Source of the DNA: an uncultured Acidobacteriota bacterium
GTDB lineage: Bacteria; Acidobacteriota; JAQAZP01
Direction of reading: 5' to 3'
Length of the DNA stretch: 64,000 nt
Assembly (NCBI GenBank): GCA_963836075.1
Contig: CAWIIB010000009.1
Coordinates: forward strand, 2,272,001 to 2,336,000
The notes beneath the pieces are model-generated. The model made no database searches. It saw only the letters and a program-made list of their open reading frames with translations, and was not told the DNA's origin. Positions within the stretch are counted from its first letter, which is position 1. Every line of letters starts with the position of its first letter. This document shows, one piece after another, positions 19,862 through 29,248 of this stretch. The position numbers and the translations under genes are program-made.

Positions 19862-21030
19862 AGCGCATACTTTTCGTTTCCCACTCGGCAAAACTCTACG
19901 GCGCCGAGCGCAGCCTGCACCTGCTGGCCGCCGGACTGGACCGCAGCCGTTACCAGCCGCTGGCGGTGCTGCCTGACCGGGGGCCGCTGGCCGAGCTGCT
20001 GGAGCGCGACAGGGTGGAAGTGGAAATTGTCCGTTGCCCCTGGTGGGTGCGCAGCGCCGGCCGCGGTGGGAAAGTCATGGCCCTGCTGGCGCTGCCCGCG
20101 GTGATGGTCCGCGAGGCGCTGGCCACCACCCGTCTCTGCCGCCTGATCCGCCGCCGGGGAATCGACCTGGTCTATACCAATACGGCGGTGATCCTCAGCG
20201 GTATGCTGGCGGCCAGACTCTGCGGCCGGCCTCACCTGTGGCACGTGCGGGAAATCCTGCCCGGCAACCAGGACCTGCTGGCCCTGTTGCCCCTTGGCCT
20301 GCTGCACCGGCTGATCCTGCGGTTCTCCCGAACGGTGCTGACCAACTCGGTGGCCACCGCCGCGCCGCTGGGCCGCTGTGACCGGCAGGGCAAGCTGCAG
20401 GTGGTGCCCAATGCGGTGGCGCCGTTGCCGGCGGACACGCCGCCGGCCGACCTGTGCGCCGTGGAGGGCCTCGACCCGCAGGACTGGGTGGTGGCCTGGA
20501 TCGGGTCGCTCCAGCCGCGCAAGGCGCCGGAGGATGCCATCCGCGCCGTGGCCCTGGCCCGGGAGCGGATACCGCGGCTCAAGCTGCTGCTGATGGGTGA
20601 CGGGTGGGCCGACTATGTCCATGGCCTGCACCGGCTGGCCGTGGAACGCGGGGTTGCCGGGGAGGTGGTCTTTGCCGGGTATCGCCCCGATGCCCGGCAG
20701 CTGCTCTCCGCTTGCCGGGCCCTGGTGATGACCGCTCCTGACGAACCTTTTGGCCGGGTGGTGGCCGAGGCGATGCTCGACGGGGTGCCGGTGGTGGCGG
20801 TGGACGGTGGCGGAGTGGCCGAACTGGTGGAAGACCGGGTGGACGGCCTGCTCTGCCCGCCGGGAGATCCCAGGAAAATGGCCCGCGGCCTGGAGCAGCT
20901 TCACGACGAGCCGGTCCTGGCCGCCCGGTTGGCCCGTGCGGCCCGCCAGAAGGCAGCCGGGGCCTGGGCGCCGGAGAGGTATCTGCGGGAGATCGAAGCG
21001 GCGATAACCGGGGCAATGGGGGACAGGTGA
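19858..21030 (+). CDS. GT4 glycosyltransferase
   Basis: 'LYGAERS', 'WHVRE', 'EPFGRVVAEAM' EX7E motif. Confidence 0.9.
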   Translation: MKRILFVSHSAKLYGAERSLHLLAAGLDRSRYQPLAVLPDRGPLAELLERDRVEVEIVRCPWWVRSAGRGGKVMALLALPAVMVREALATTRLCRLIRRRGIDLVYTNTAVILSGMLAARLCGRPHLWHVREILPGNQDLLALLPLGLLHRLILRFSRTVLTNSVATAAPLGRCDRQGKLQVVPNAVAPLPADTPPADLCAVEGLDPQDWVVAWIGSLQPRKAPEDAIRAVALARERIPRLKLLLMGDGWADYVHGLHRLAVERGVAGEVVFAGYRPDARQLLSACRALVMTAPDEPFGRVVAEAMLDGVPVVAVDGGGVAELVEDRVDGLLCPPGDPRKMARGLEQLHDEPVLAARLARAARQKAAGAWAPERYLREIEAAITGAMGDR

Positions 21031-22056
21031 TGGGTGAAGAGCGGCCCGTGGTGTCGGTGGTGCTGGTGCTCTGGAACTGTGAGACCTTCCTCCGTCCCTG
21101 CCTCGACTCCCTCCGTGCCCAGACTCTCGCCGATGTGGAAGTGGTGGCCGTTGACAACGCTTCGGACGATGGCTCAGCCGGGCTGTTCACCGCCGGGATG
21201 CCCGACTGCCGGCTCCAGCGCAACGAGCGCAATCTCGGCTTTGCCGGAGCGGCCAACCAGGGCATCGACATGACCTCCGGCGAGTTCGTGCTGCTGCTCA
21301 ACCCCGACGTGGTGCTGCAGGCCGACTTTCTCGAGCAGCTGACCGCCGCCCTGCGCGGCGCCGGTGACCGCACCGGCTGGGCCGCGGCCCGGCTGCTGCG
21401 CATGAACCAGGGGGAGCCCACCAATGTGATCGATTCCACCGGACACTTCCTCACCCGGGCCCGCTACCCGCACAACCGTGGCTGGGGGGAGGATGACCGC
21501 GGGCAGTACCGACGATGCCCTGGAGGTCTTTGGCAGTTGCGCTGCCGCCGCCCTCTATCGCCGGGAGATGCTCGACGACATCCGGGTGCGGGGCGAGGTC
21601 TTCGACGCCGACTTCAGCAGTTACTTCGAGGACGCCGACCTCGACTGGCGGGCCGTGCTGGCCGGCTGGAGCTGCCTCCATGTCCCCGAAGCGGTGGCCT
21701 GGCACGAGCGGGGCGGGTCGGGCGGGGAAGCCCTGGTCCGGGTGAAGAAGGACATGATCCGCAACCACCTGCTGATGATGGTCAAGAACGACCGGCTGGG
21801 GATGATCATCGCCGATTTGCCCTACATCGCCATGTACTGGATCAGGATGCTGGGCCGGATGCTGACGGCCCCGCGTCTTTTCGGCGGGCTGTTCGCGGCG
21901 CTGGTGCTTCTGCCGCGGATGCTGGGCAAGCGCTGGCGGATCCAGAAGAAGCGCACGGTGTCGAACAGGGAGATGCGTTCATGGTTCGTCGATCTGGGTT
22001 TGCGGGAGAAGGTGGGGATGGTGCTCCAGCGGGCCACGGGAGGCCGGAATGACTAG
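21030..22056 (+). pseudogene. GT2 glycosyltransferase split by an apparent +1 frameshift at ~21510
   Basis: The 5' half ('VDNASDDG', 'NLGFAGAAN', 'LLNPD', 'DRGQY') is in one frame. The 3' half ('EVFGSCAAAALYRREML', 'YFEDADLDWR') is in the next frame. Removing one C from 'tacc gacgat' restores GQYDDALEVFG. Confidence 0.85.
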
Positions 22057-23206
22057 GGCCACCAGACCGCCGCTGGTGGCCCACTGCCTGGGCACCCTGC
22101 GGCTGGCCGGCACCGAGAAGGAGGTGCTCTCCTTCCTGCGCTACGGCGACCCGCAACGGTTCCGCAACCTGGTGCTGCTGCCCCCCGGCGAGGGGCCGCT
22201 CCGTGGGCTGCTGGAGCAGACAGGCCGGGCCGAAGTGCTCGACGCGCCATCGTCGATTCCCGGCCGGGCTGCCCTTTTCCGCCGCCTGGGTGTCGATCTG
22301 GTCCACGTGCTCGCTTCCCGCCGGGACGCCCTGGCCGGCCGGCTGGCCGGTGCCCTGGTGGTTCAGAAACGGAACCTGCCGATCCGCGGTTACGCCAGCC
22401 GCTATGTCAAACAACCCCTGGCCGACCGACTGCTCACCCGCTGTCTGTGCCACGGCACGGTGACCGTGGCCCGGGCGCTGAAGGACGATCTGGTGACCCA
22501 CGGCGGTTTCGACCCCCGGCGGATCGCCGTGGTGCCCAATGGTATCGAAACCATGCTTTACCGCCCTGGGGAAGGGGAGGCGGAAGCGGTGCGGGTCCGG
22601 CACGGACTGCCGACCCGGGATTCGGGCACCCTGCTGGTGGGTACCGTGGCCCGCCTCCACCCGCAAAAGGGACTGCAGCATCTGCTGGCCTCAGTGCCTG
22701 CGGTGCTGGAACAATATCCGGACACGCTCTTTGTCATTGCCGGCGAAGGTGAGGAGGAGGCCAACCTGAAACAGGCTGCCCGGCAACTGGGGAGTGCCGG
22801 CGAGCGGATCAGGTTCCTGGGGTTCGAGAGCGAGGTTCCGGCCCTGCTCTCCCTGTTCGATGTCTTTGCCCTCTCCAGTCTCTGGGAGGGGATGCCCTTT
22901 GCCATCCTCGAGGCGATGGCCGCAGGCCGGCCGCAGGTGGTCACCGACGTGGACGGCTGCCGGGAGTTGGTGCGGGAAGGGGATACCGGCTTCCTCGTCC
23001 CGCCGGAACAACCCGCGCTGCTGGCTGAGGGGATCTGCCGCCTGCTGGGGGACGTGGAATTACGCCGGCGGATGGGCGGGGCCGCGCAGCGCCGTGCCGA
23101 AGAAGCGTTTTCCCCCGGCCTTTCCGCCACACGCCTGGAGGACGTCTTCCAGGCCCTGCTGGAGGGGCGGTCCGCAGCGTCGGCCAGTGTGGAGGATAAC
23201 AAATGA
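22049..23206 (+). CDS. GT4 glycosyltransferase
   Basis: 'VVPNGI', 'ARLHPQKG', 'EGMPFAILEAMA'. Confidence 0.9.
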   Translation: MTRATRPPLVAHCLGTLRLAGTEKEVLSFLRYGDPQRFRNLVLLPPGEGPLRGLLEQTGRAEVLDAPSSIPGRAALFRRLGVDLVHVLASRRDALAGRLAGALVVQKRNLPIRGYASRYVKQPLADRLLTRCLCHGTVTVARALKDDLVTHGGFDPRRIAVVPNGIETMLYRPGEGEAEAVRVRHGLPTRDSGTLLVGTVARLHPQKGLQHLLASVPAVLEQYPDTLFVIAGEGEEEANLKQAARQLGSAGERIRFLGFESEVPALLSLFDVFALSSLWEGMPFAILEAMAAGRPQVVTDVDGCRELVREGDTGFLVPPEQPALLAEGICRLLGDVELRRRMGGAAQRRAEEAFSPGLSATRLEDVFQALLEGRSAASASVEDNK

Positions 23207-23940
23207 CTGCACCGGTACCGGATCTGGAGAACCTGTTGGCCGGAGCCCGCAGGGTGGTGGTTTTCACCGGCGCGGGGATATCGGCCGAAAGCGGCATCCC
23301 AACCTATCGTGGCGACGACGGGGTCTGGAACAAGTACGACCCGGCGAAGTATGCCGAGATCGGCAACTTTCTCGCCGATCCGGCTTACTACTGGAGCTTC
23401 TTTCGCGAGGTGCGTTACCCGGTGCTCCGTGAGGCCCGGCCCAACCCGGCCCATCTGGCATTGGCCCGTATGGAGCAGCGGGGGAAGCTGTCGGCGGTGA
23501 TCACCCAGAACATCGACGGCCTGCACCAGGAGGCCGGGTCAAAGAGGGTGCTGGAGCTTCACGGCAACACCAGGCGCATATCCTGTCTCGGCTGCGGAAA
23601 GGGCTATTCACTGGACATAGTGCACGCCCGATTGGAAGAGGTCTTCCCGCCCGACTGCCCGGCCTGCGGAGGCGTGCTCAAACCGGAGGTAGTCTTTTTC
23701 GGCGAGTCTCTGCCTTCGGAGGTGCTTGACGAAGCGGTGAACGAGACCCGTGAGTGCGACCTTTTTCTGGTGATCGGCAGTTCACTGGTGGTCCAGCCCG
23801 CGGCCTCCCTGCCTCCGCTGGCGGTGCAGGGCGGCGCCAGGCTGGTGATCATCAACCGCGACCCCACACCGCTGGACCAGATGGCCCACCTGGTACTGCA
23901 CGAGAAGGCTTCCCACGTCCTGGGCTCGCTGGCCTGCTAG
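23203..23940 (+). CDS. cobB: NAD-dependent protein deacylase (sirtuin)
   Basis: 'GAGISAESGIP', 'TQNIDGLHQ', 'HG', CxxC...CxxC zinc ribbon, 'GSSLVVQPA'. Confidence 0.93.
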   Translation: MTAPVPDLENLLAGARRVVVFTGAGISAESGIPTYRGDDGVWNKYDPAKYAEIGNFLADPAYYWSFFREVRYPVLREARPNPAHLALARMEQRGKLSAVITQNIDGLHQEAGSKRVLELHGNTRRISCLGCGKGYSLDIVHARLEEVFPPDCPACGGVLKPEVVFFGESLPSEVLDEAVNETRECDLFLVIGSSLVVQPAASLPPLAVQGGARLVIINRDPTPLDQMAHLVLHEKASHVLGSLAC

Positions 23941-24275
23941 AATGCCGACCCGGCCCGGATCAGAATGCCGATGACCTTGTCGTTCTTCAGTTCGGCAACC
24001 ACCGAGGTGTTGGGCCTGACCACAGCCTCGGAGACCCGCAGCATCTGGTCCATTGCCTCCCAGCTGTCGCCCGCACCCTCGATGGCCAGTCCGTTGACCA
24101 GGTGAACCGTGTAACTGACCGATCCGGTGTTCAGCGGATCGAGGTAGACATCGATGGTCTTGACCCGTTCCTGGCCCGAAATGCCCAGGCCGGCCTGTCC
24201 CGGTTCGGACGGGATGAGGAATAGCAGGAAGAACAGGGCGGTGACGGTCAGCAGAGCGATACGATACCTCTTCAT
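23937..24275 (-). CDS. Small secreted hypothetical protein (~112 aa)
   Basis: ATG at 24275 preceded by GGAGGA; signal peptide 'MKRYRIALLTVTALFFLLFLIPSEPGQA'. The longer ORF-track version (to 24920) is antisense to tldD. Confidence 0.7.
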   Translation of the reverse strand: MKRYRIALLTVTALFFLLFLIPSEPGQAGLGISGQERVKTIDVYLDPLNTGSVSYTVHLVNGLAIEGAGDSWEAMDQMLRVSEAVVRPNTSVVAELKNDKVIGILIRAGSAF

Positions 24276-24398
24276 ATTGTGATCCTCCATTGCTCTCCGA
24301 AAGGGTTGGCGGTCTCTTTTCTCATCGTTTAGAATAAGTATACGCATCTTGGGGGGCTCGTGTACTGACGGGCCCCGGTTATTCATTCCCCTGGATTC

Positions 24399-25910
24399 AT
24401 GGAGAGGTTGATGCAGCGGTCCGGCCCGCAATCCGATGGCGCTGAACATGACGCACTGGCCCGCCAACTGGCCCTGTTTGGTGTAGCCCTGCTCCGGCGG
24501 AACCCCGACGTGAACTACGGTGATCTGCGCTTTACCTCGCAGTCGGCGCGGACCCTCTCGGTGAAGAACGGAGAAATGGACCGGGTCACCGACAGCGAGG
24601 ACCGGGGTTTCGGCGTTCGCCTGCTGGCCGGCGGATCGTGGGGTTTTGCCGCCTCCTCCGAACTGAGCGAGGAGGCCGTGGTTCGTGCCGCGGCCCGTGC
24701 GGTGGAGGTGGCGCGGACCAGCGCGGCCCTGGGTGGCCGGACGGTGGATCTCTGCGGGTCCGAGCCGGTGGTGGCCGATCACGAGGAGCCGGTGGCCGAG
24801 AACCCGCTGTCCGTTCCGCTGGACCAGCCGCTGGACCTGATGGTCCGGGTCAGCGAACGGATGATGCGGGTGTCGCCGTCGATCAGGGTGGCTTCGGCCC
24901 AGATGGACTTCAGCGGCCACGGCCGCCTGTTCGCCAGCACCGAGGGCTCACTGGTCCGCCAGCGATGGTTGCAGACGGGTGGTGAGCTGGCGGCCACGGC
25001 CATCGAGGGCGGCAAGGTGCAGGTGCGCTCGTGGCCTGCTTCCATGGGCGGCAACCATGTGCGCGGCGGATACGAGTTCATCCGGCAACTGGATTTTCCG
25101 GGCCACGCCGAGCGGGTGGCCGGCGAGGCCGTCGAACTGCTCACCGCACCGCCCTGTCCGGCCGGGGTGACCGACCTGGTGGTTGATTCGTCCCAGATGG
25201 CCCTGCAGATCCACGAATCCTGCGGGCATGCGGTGGAACTGGACCGCGTGATCGGCGACGAGATCAGCCTGGCCGGGGGCAGTTTTCTCGGTCTGGAGAA
25301 GAGGGGGCGGTTTCGCTTCGGTTCCCCGCTGGTCAACATTGTGGCCGACGCCACCCTTCCCGGCGCCCTGGGTTCCTTCGCCTTTGACGACGAGGGGGTT
25401 CCCGGCGCCCGTTTTCACGTGGTGCGGGAAGGTCTGTTCAGCGGCTACCTCGCCTCCCGGGAAACCGCATCGGTGCTGGGCCTGGAGCGGAGCAACGGCA
25501 CCATGCGGGCCGACAGTTGGCGCAACTTCCCCCTGATCCGGATGACCAACATCAATCTTGAGCCGGGGGAGGGCAGTCTCGAGGATCTGGTGGCCGGGGT
25601 GAGAAACGGAGTGTATGTGGAAACCAACCGCAGCTGGAGCATCGACGACATGCGGCTCAATTTCCAGTTCGGCATGGAACTGGGCCGGGAAATCCGCAAC
25701 GGCAGGCTCGGCGGTCTGCTGCGCAACCCCATCTACTCCGGGGTCACACCGCAGTTCTGGGCGGCGTGCGACGGTATTGCCGGGCCGGAGGCCTGGCAGG
25801 TCTGGGGCATCCCCAACTGTGGCAAGGGCGAGCCGCTGCAGGTGGCCCACGTGGGACACGGCTCCTCCCCGGCGCGTTTCCGCAACGTCCAGGTGGGGGT
25901 GAACCCGTGA
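24399..25910 (+). CDS. tldD: TldD-family metalloprotease
   Basis: 'GFGVRLLAGGSWGFA', 'IHESCGHAVE' HExxxH, 'FDDEG', 'IRMTNINL', 'CGKG'. Confidence 0.9.
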   Translation: MERLMQRSGPQSDGAEHDALARQLALFGVALLRRNPDVNYGDLRFTSQSARTLSVKNGEMDRVTDSEDRGFGVRLLAGGSWGFAASSELSEEAVVRAAARAVEVARTSAALGGRTVDLCGSEPVVADHEEPVAENPLSVPLDQPLDLMVRVSERMMRVSPSIRVASAQMDFSGHGRLFASTEGSLVRQRWLQTGGELAATAIEGGKVQVRSWPASMGGNHVRGGYEFIRQLDFPGHAERVAGEAVELLTAPPCPAGVTDLVVDSSQMALQIHESCGHAVELDRVIGDEISLAGGSFLGLEKRGRFRFGSPLVNIVADATLPGALGSFAFDDEGVPGARFHVVREGLFSGYLASRETASVLGLERSNGTMRADSWRNFPLIRMTNINLEPGEGSLEDLVAGVRNGVYVETNRSWSIDDMRLNFQFGMELGREIRNGRLGGLLRNPIYSGVTPQFWAACDGIAGPEAWQVWGIPNCGKGEPLQVAHVGHGSSPARFRNVQVGVNP

Positions 25911-27253
25911 TCCACAGTGGTGCGGTAGTGGAACGGCTCCGGGATCTGGTGGGGCGCGGTCCGCACCAGGCCGAGGCGGTGTTCAATTCCTCCCGCACCG
26001 GCATGACCCGCTTTGCCGCGTCGAGAATCCATCAGAACCTGGAGCGCCGGGAGGCCGATGTCCTTTTCCGGGTGGCCCTGGACCGGCGGATCGGTGTGGC
26101 CCGGACCAGCGAGCTCAGCCCGGCCGGTCTGGCAGCCTGTCTGGGTCGCGCCCAGGCCATCGCCCGGCTGCAGAAACCCAACCCCTGGTTCACCGGTCTT
26201 CCTGCGGGACCGGCCGACAGTCCACCGGCGGCAGTGGTATTGGCCGATCCGGAACCTGTCCGGCGGCTGGAACTGGCCCACCACCTGTTGCAGGAAGTGG
26301 TGGCGCGGGGTCTGCAGGCCGCCGGTTCCCTCTCAACCGTGGGCGGTGAACTGGCGGTGGTCAACTCCGAGGGCCGGTTCGCCCGCACTCCTTACCGCCT
26401 GGCGGAGAGCGTGCTGATCGCCATGGAGGGCAACGGTGGCGACGGCCCATCGGGCTACGCTTCCTGGGCCGGCCATGACCTGGAGAGTCTCGATACCCCC
26501 CACCTGGCCGCGGTGGCAGCGGAGAAGTGCGTCGCCGGACAGCAGGTGGTGGAACTGGCCCACGGTCCCCTGGACGTGCTGCTGGAACCGCCGGCGGTGG
26601 CCGGCCTGTTCAACTGGCTCAGCTACATCGGGTTCGGCGGAAAACAGTTCAACGAGGGGACCAGTTTCCTTTCAGAGCGGCTGGGCGAGAGGATCACCGG
26701 TTCCGAAGTGACCCTCTACGATGATCACGCGGAGATCGACGGCATGGGACTGGGCATCGATTTTGAAGGGGTTGCGCGGCAACGGGTGGAACTGATTCAC
26801 CAGGGTACGGCCGCCGGCGTGGTCCACGACAGTCTTACCGCCGCCAGGGCCGGGGCGACCACCACCGGTCACGCGCTGATGTCGGATGCCGATTGGGGAC
26901 CGCTGCCCCTGAACCTGGCCATGGTGCCGGGGGACGCCACCCGGGAAGAGATGGTTTGCTCCATGGACCGTGGACTGGTGGTCACCCGCTTCCACTATCT
27001 CAACGGGCTGCTGGACACGCGGCGGGCCCTGTTCACCGGGATGACCCGCGACGGCACGTTCCTGGTCCGCAAGGGCCGGGTTGCGGGATCCGTGGCCAAC
27101 CTGCGCTTCACCGAACCGATGCTCGAGGCCCTTTCCCGCATCGCGGCCATCGGCAGTGAGCGGCAGTCGCTGGGCACCTGGTCCGGCCGCGGGGCCACCT
27201 GCACCGTACCGTCGATCCTGATTCGCGACTTTCACTTCGACAATGGGGACTGA
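25907..27253 (+). CDS. PmbA/TldE-family partner subunit
   Basis: GTG overlaps the tldD stop (GTGA); 'TRFAASRIHQN', 'DFEGV', 'TGMTRDGTF', 'NLRF'; no HExxH. Confidence 0.85.
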   Translation: MIHSGAVVERLRDLVGRGPHQAEAVFNSSRTGMTRFAASRIHQNLERREADVLFRVALDRRIGVARTSELSPAGLAACLGRAQAIARLQKPNPWFTGLPAGPADSPPAAVVLADPEPVRRLELAHHLLQEVVARGLQAAGSLSTVGGELAVVNSEGRFARTPYRLAESVLIAMEGNGGDGPSGYASWAGHDLESLDTPHLAAVAAEKCVAGQQVVELAHGPLDVLLEPPAVAGLFNWLSYIGFGGKQFNEGTSFLSERLGERITGSEVTLYDDHAEIDGMGLGIDFEGVARQRVELIHQGTAAGVVHDSLTAARAGATTTGHALMSDADWGPLPLNLAMVPGDATREEMVCSMDRGLVVTRFHYLNGLLDTRRALFTGMTRDGTFLVRKGRVAGSVANLRFTEPMLEALSRIAAIGSERQSLGTWSGRGATCTVPSILIRDFHFDNGD

Positions 27254-27297
27254 CCGCTTTCCTTGTACGGCATGATGAAGTAGAGTGCAGCGGCGCT

Positions 27298-27394
27298 TGT
27301 CATCGCCAGCGCAGCGAAGCGATCTCCACCACAGCGATACTGACATTCGGGAGATTGCGTCGTTGACGGCTTCGCCGTCTCCTCGCAAATGACA
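27298..27394. repeat. REP/REPIN-like palindromic element
   Basis: TGTCATCGCCAGCGCAGCGAAGCGATCTCC...GGGAGATTGCGTCG...CTCCTCGCAAATGACA: imperfect terminal inverted repeats TGTCAT/ATGACA, inner GCGATCTCC/GGAGATTGC stem and a GACGGC-TTC-GCCGTC hairpin. Confidence 0.7.
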
Positions 27395-27408
27395 TGAGGA
27401 GGTACACG

Positions 27409-28560
27409 ATGTCCGGATCCCACGCCAGTGTGGTGCAGGTTTCCCGCTCCGCACTGGTCCACAATCTGCGGGTGTTCAAGCGGCTGCTCCGCGACGGGCC
27501 GAGCCTGCTGGCCGCCGTGGTCAAGGCCAACGCTTACGGGCACGGCCTGCTGGAAGTGGCCCGCCTGGCCGCGGGCTCGGGGGCGGACTGGCTGGCGGTG
27601 GATTCCCTCGATGAAGCCCGGCGGCTCCGCCGCGCCGGTGTCGACCTGCCGCTGCTGCTGATGGGGTATCTGCCCCTGGATCAGGCCGGCCAGGTTCTTG
27701 AACTGGACCTCCGTCCCACGGTCTTCAACCTGGAGACCCTCGATGCCCTTGACGCGGTTGCCCGGCAGTCCGGTCGTACGGTGCCGGTGCACCTCAAGCT
27801 GGAGACCGGGACCTGCCGCCAGGGATTTACCGAGGACCAGCTGGCCGAGGTGGTCCGGCGGCTGCGGCAGCCGGATGTCCTGGTGGCCGAAGGGGTGAGC
27901 AGCCACTTTGCCAACATCGAGGACACCACCGACCACACGCTGGCCTTTGGTCAACTGGAGACGTTCCACCGTCTGGTGGACCAGCTGAAGCAGGCCGGGC
28001 TCCGTCCTCCGCTGCGCCACGTGGCCTGTTCGGCGGCGGCCCTGCTCTTCAAACGGACACACCTGGAACTGGTGCGAACGGGGGTCTCGCTGTACGGATT
28101 CTGGCCATCGCGTGAAACCATGGTCTCGATGAAGGACGGCAGCGTTCGGGGAATCAGCCTGCAGCCGGTGCTGAGCTGGAAGACCCGGCTGGCCCAGGTC
28201 AAGGAGGTGGCCGCGGGCACCGACGTGGGCTACGGCTGCACATTCCGCACCACCCGTTCCAGCCGGCTGGCCGTGATCCCGGTGGGATACTACGATGGGT
28301 ATGACCGGGGCTTGTCGAACATGGGGCACGTTCTGGTTCGCGGGCAGCGGGCTCCCATCCGCGGGCGGGTCTGTATGAACATGACCATCGTTGACGTCAC
28401 CGACATCCCCGGCGCCGGTCTGGAAGACGAAGCGGTTCTCATCGGCCGCCAGGGGGATGAACTGGTCACCGCCGATATGCTGGCCGGATTCTGCGGCACG
28501 ATCCACTACGAGATCGTCTCCCGCATCCACCCCGAAATCCCCCGGGTCATGATCGACTGA
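27409..28560 (+). CDS. alr: Alanine racemase
   Basis: 'AVVKANAYGHG' PLP motif, 'HLKLETG', 'SHFA', 'VGYG', 'GRVCMN', 'GTIHYE'; GGAGG RBS. Confidence 0.95.
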   Translation: MSGSHASVVQVSRSALVHNLRVFKRLLRDGPSLLAAVVKANAYGHGLLEVARLAAGSGADWLAVDSLDEARRLRRAGVDLPLLLMGYLPLDQAGQVLELDLRPTVFNLETLDALDAVARQSGRTVPVHLKLETGTCRQGFTEDQLAEVVRRLRQPDVLVAEGVSSHFANIEDTTDHTLAFGQLETFHRLVDQLKQAGLRPPLRHVACSAAALLFKRTHLELVRTGVSLYGFWPSRETMVSMKDGSVRGISLQPVLSWKTRLAQVKEVAAGTDVGYGCTFRTTRSSRLAVIPVGYYDGYDRGLSNMGHVLVRGQRAPIRGRVCMNMTIVDVTDIPGAGLEDEAVLIGRQGDELVTADMLAGFCGTIHYEIVSRIHPEIPRVMID

Positions 28561-28561
28561 T

Positions 28562-28620
28562 AAAAAAATAGGGACAGGCACCGGTTTCCTGCGGAAATCG
28601 AGAGCCGGTCCCTTTTTTTA
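28562..28620. terminator. Bidirectional intrinsic terminator between convergent alr and iorB
   Basis: A-tract, imperfect stem GGGACAGGC..GGTTTCC/GGAAATC..GCC.GTCCC, then T7. Confidence 0.75.
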
Positions 28621-28625
28621 GCTGA

Positions 28626-29216
28626 CTAGTTGACCAGGTCGCGCCCTTCCTTGAAGGCGATGCGGTTCACTTCGAGGAACCGCTGGGGGACCCGCTTGTC
28701 CAGCACGCCTTTCCAGTGGTCCTCGTCAAACTCCAGCAGCTTGGACAGCGCGCCGAGGATCACCACATTGACCACGTTCTTGTTGCCGATCCTGTTGGCC
28801 ACTTCCTGTGCCGGCAGCTTGTAGACCTTCTTCGCCTTGTCGGCCAGGCGCTGGTCCAGGTCCATCGGGTATTCGGCCTTGCCGGTGAGCACCGGCATGG
28901 GGGCCAGGCGCAGGTCGTTGACGATCACCATCCCGTCCGGCTTGAGGAATTCCAGGTAGCGGGCCGCTTCGAGAAGTTCGAAGGAGACCACCACGTCGGC
29001 GGTGCCCTTCTCGATGATCGGCGAGTAGACCTTCTCACCGTAGCGCACGTGACTCACCACGCTGCCGCCACGCTGGGCCATGCCGTGGATTTCGGATTTT
29101 TTCACGTCCATGCCGGCCTGCAGTGCCGCGCCGCAGATCAGCTCGGTGGCCAGCAGCACACCCTGCCCGCCCACACCGGAAAAGATCAGATTAACCGTCT
29201 CGTTCTTCCCTGCCAC
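28626..29216 (-). CDS. iorB: Indolepyruvate:ferredoxin oxidoreductase beta subunit
   Basis: GTG start after AAGGAG; 'SGVGGQGV', 'SEIHGMAQRGGSVVSHVRYG'. Confidence 0.92.
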   Translation of the reverse strand: MAGKNETVNLIFSGVGGQGVLLATELICGAALQAGMDVKKSEIHGMAQRGGSVVSHVRYGEKVYSPIIEKGTADVVVSFELLEAARYLEFLKPDGMVIVNDLRLAPMPVLTGKAEYPMDLDQRLADKAKKVYKLPAQEVANRIGNKNVVNVVILGALSKLLEFDEDHWKGVLDKRVPQRFLEVNRIAFKEGRDLVN

Positions 29217-29248
29217 TTTCCGTTCTCCTTCACGGGCGATACCGGCCC

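Noticed and set aside
21511-22052. C-terminal half of ORF 21027..22052 as real protein
   Set aside because: Arg/Gly/Ala-rich out-of-frame read-through after the frameshift; the true GT2 C-terminus is in the next frame.
24399-27253. TldD/E as part of a RiPP cluster
   Set aside because: No YcaO, radical SAM or other modifying enzyme and no precursor-like peptide nearby; this looks like an ordinary housekeeping pair.
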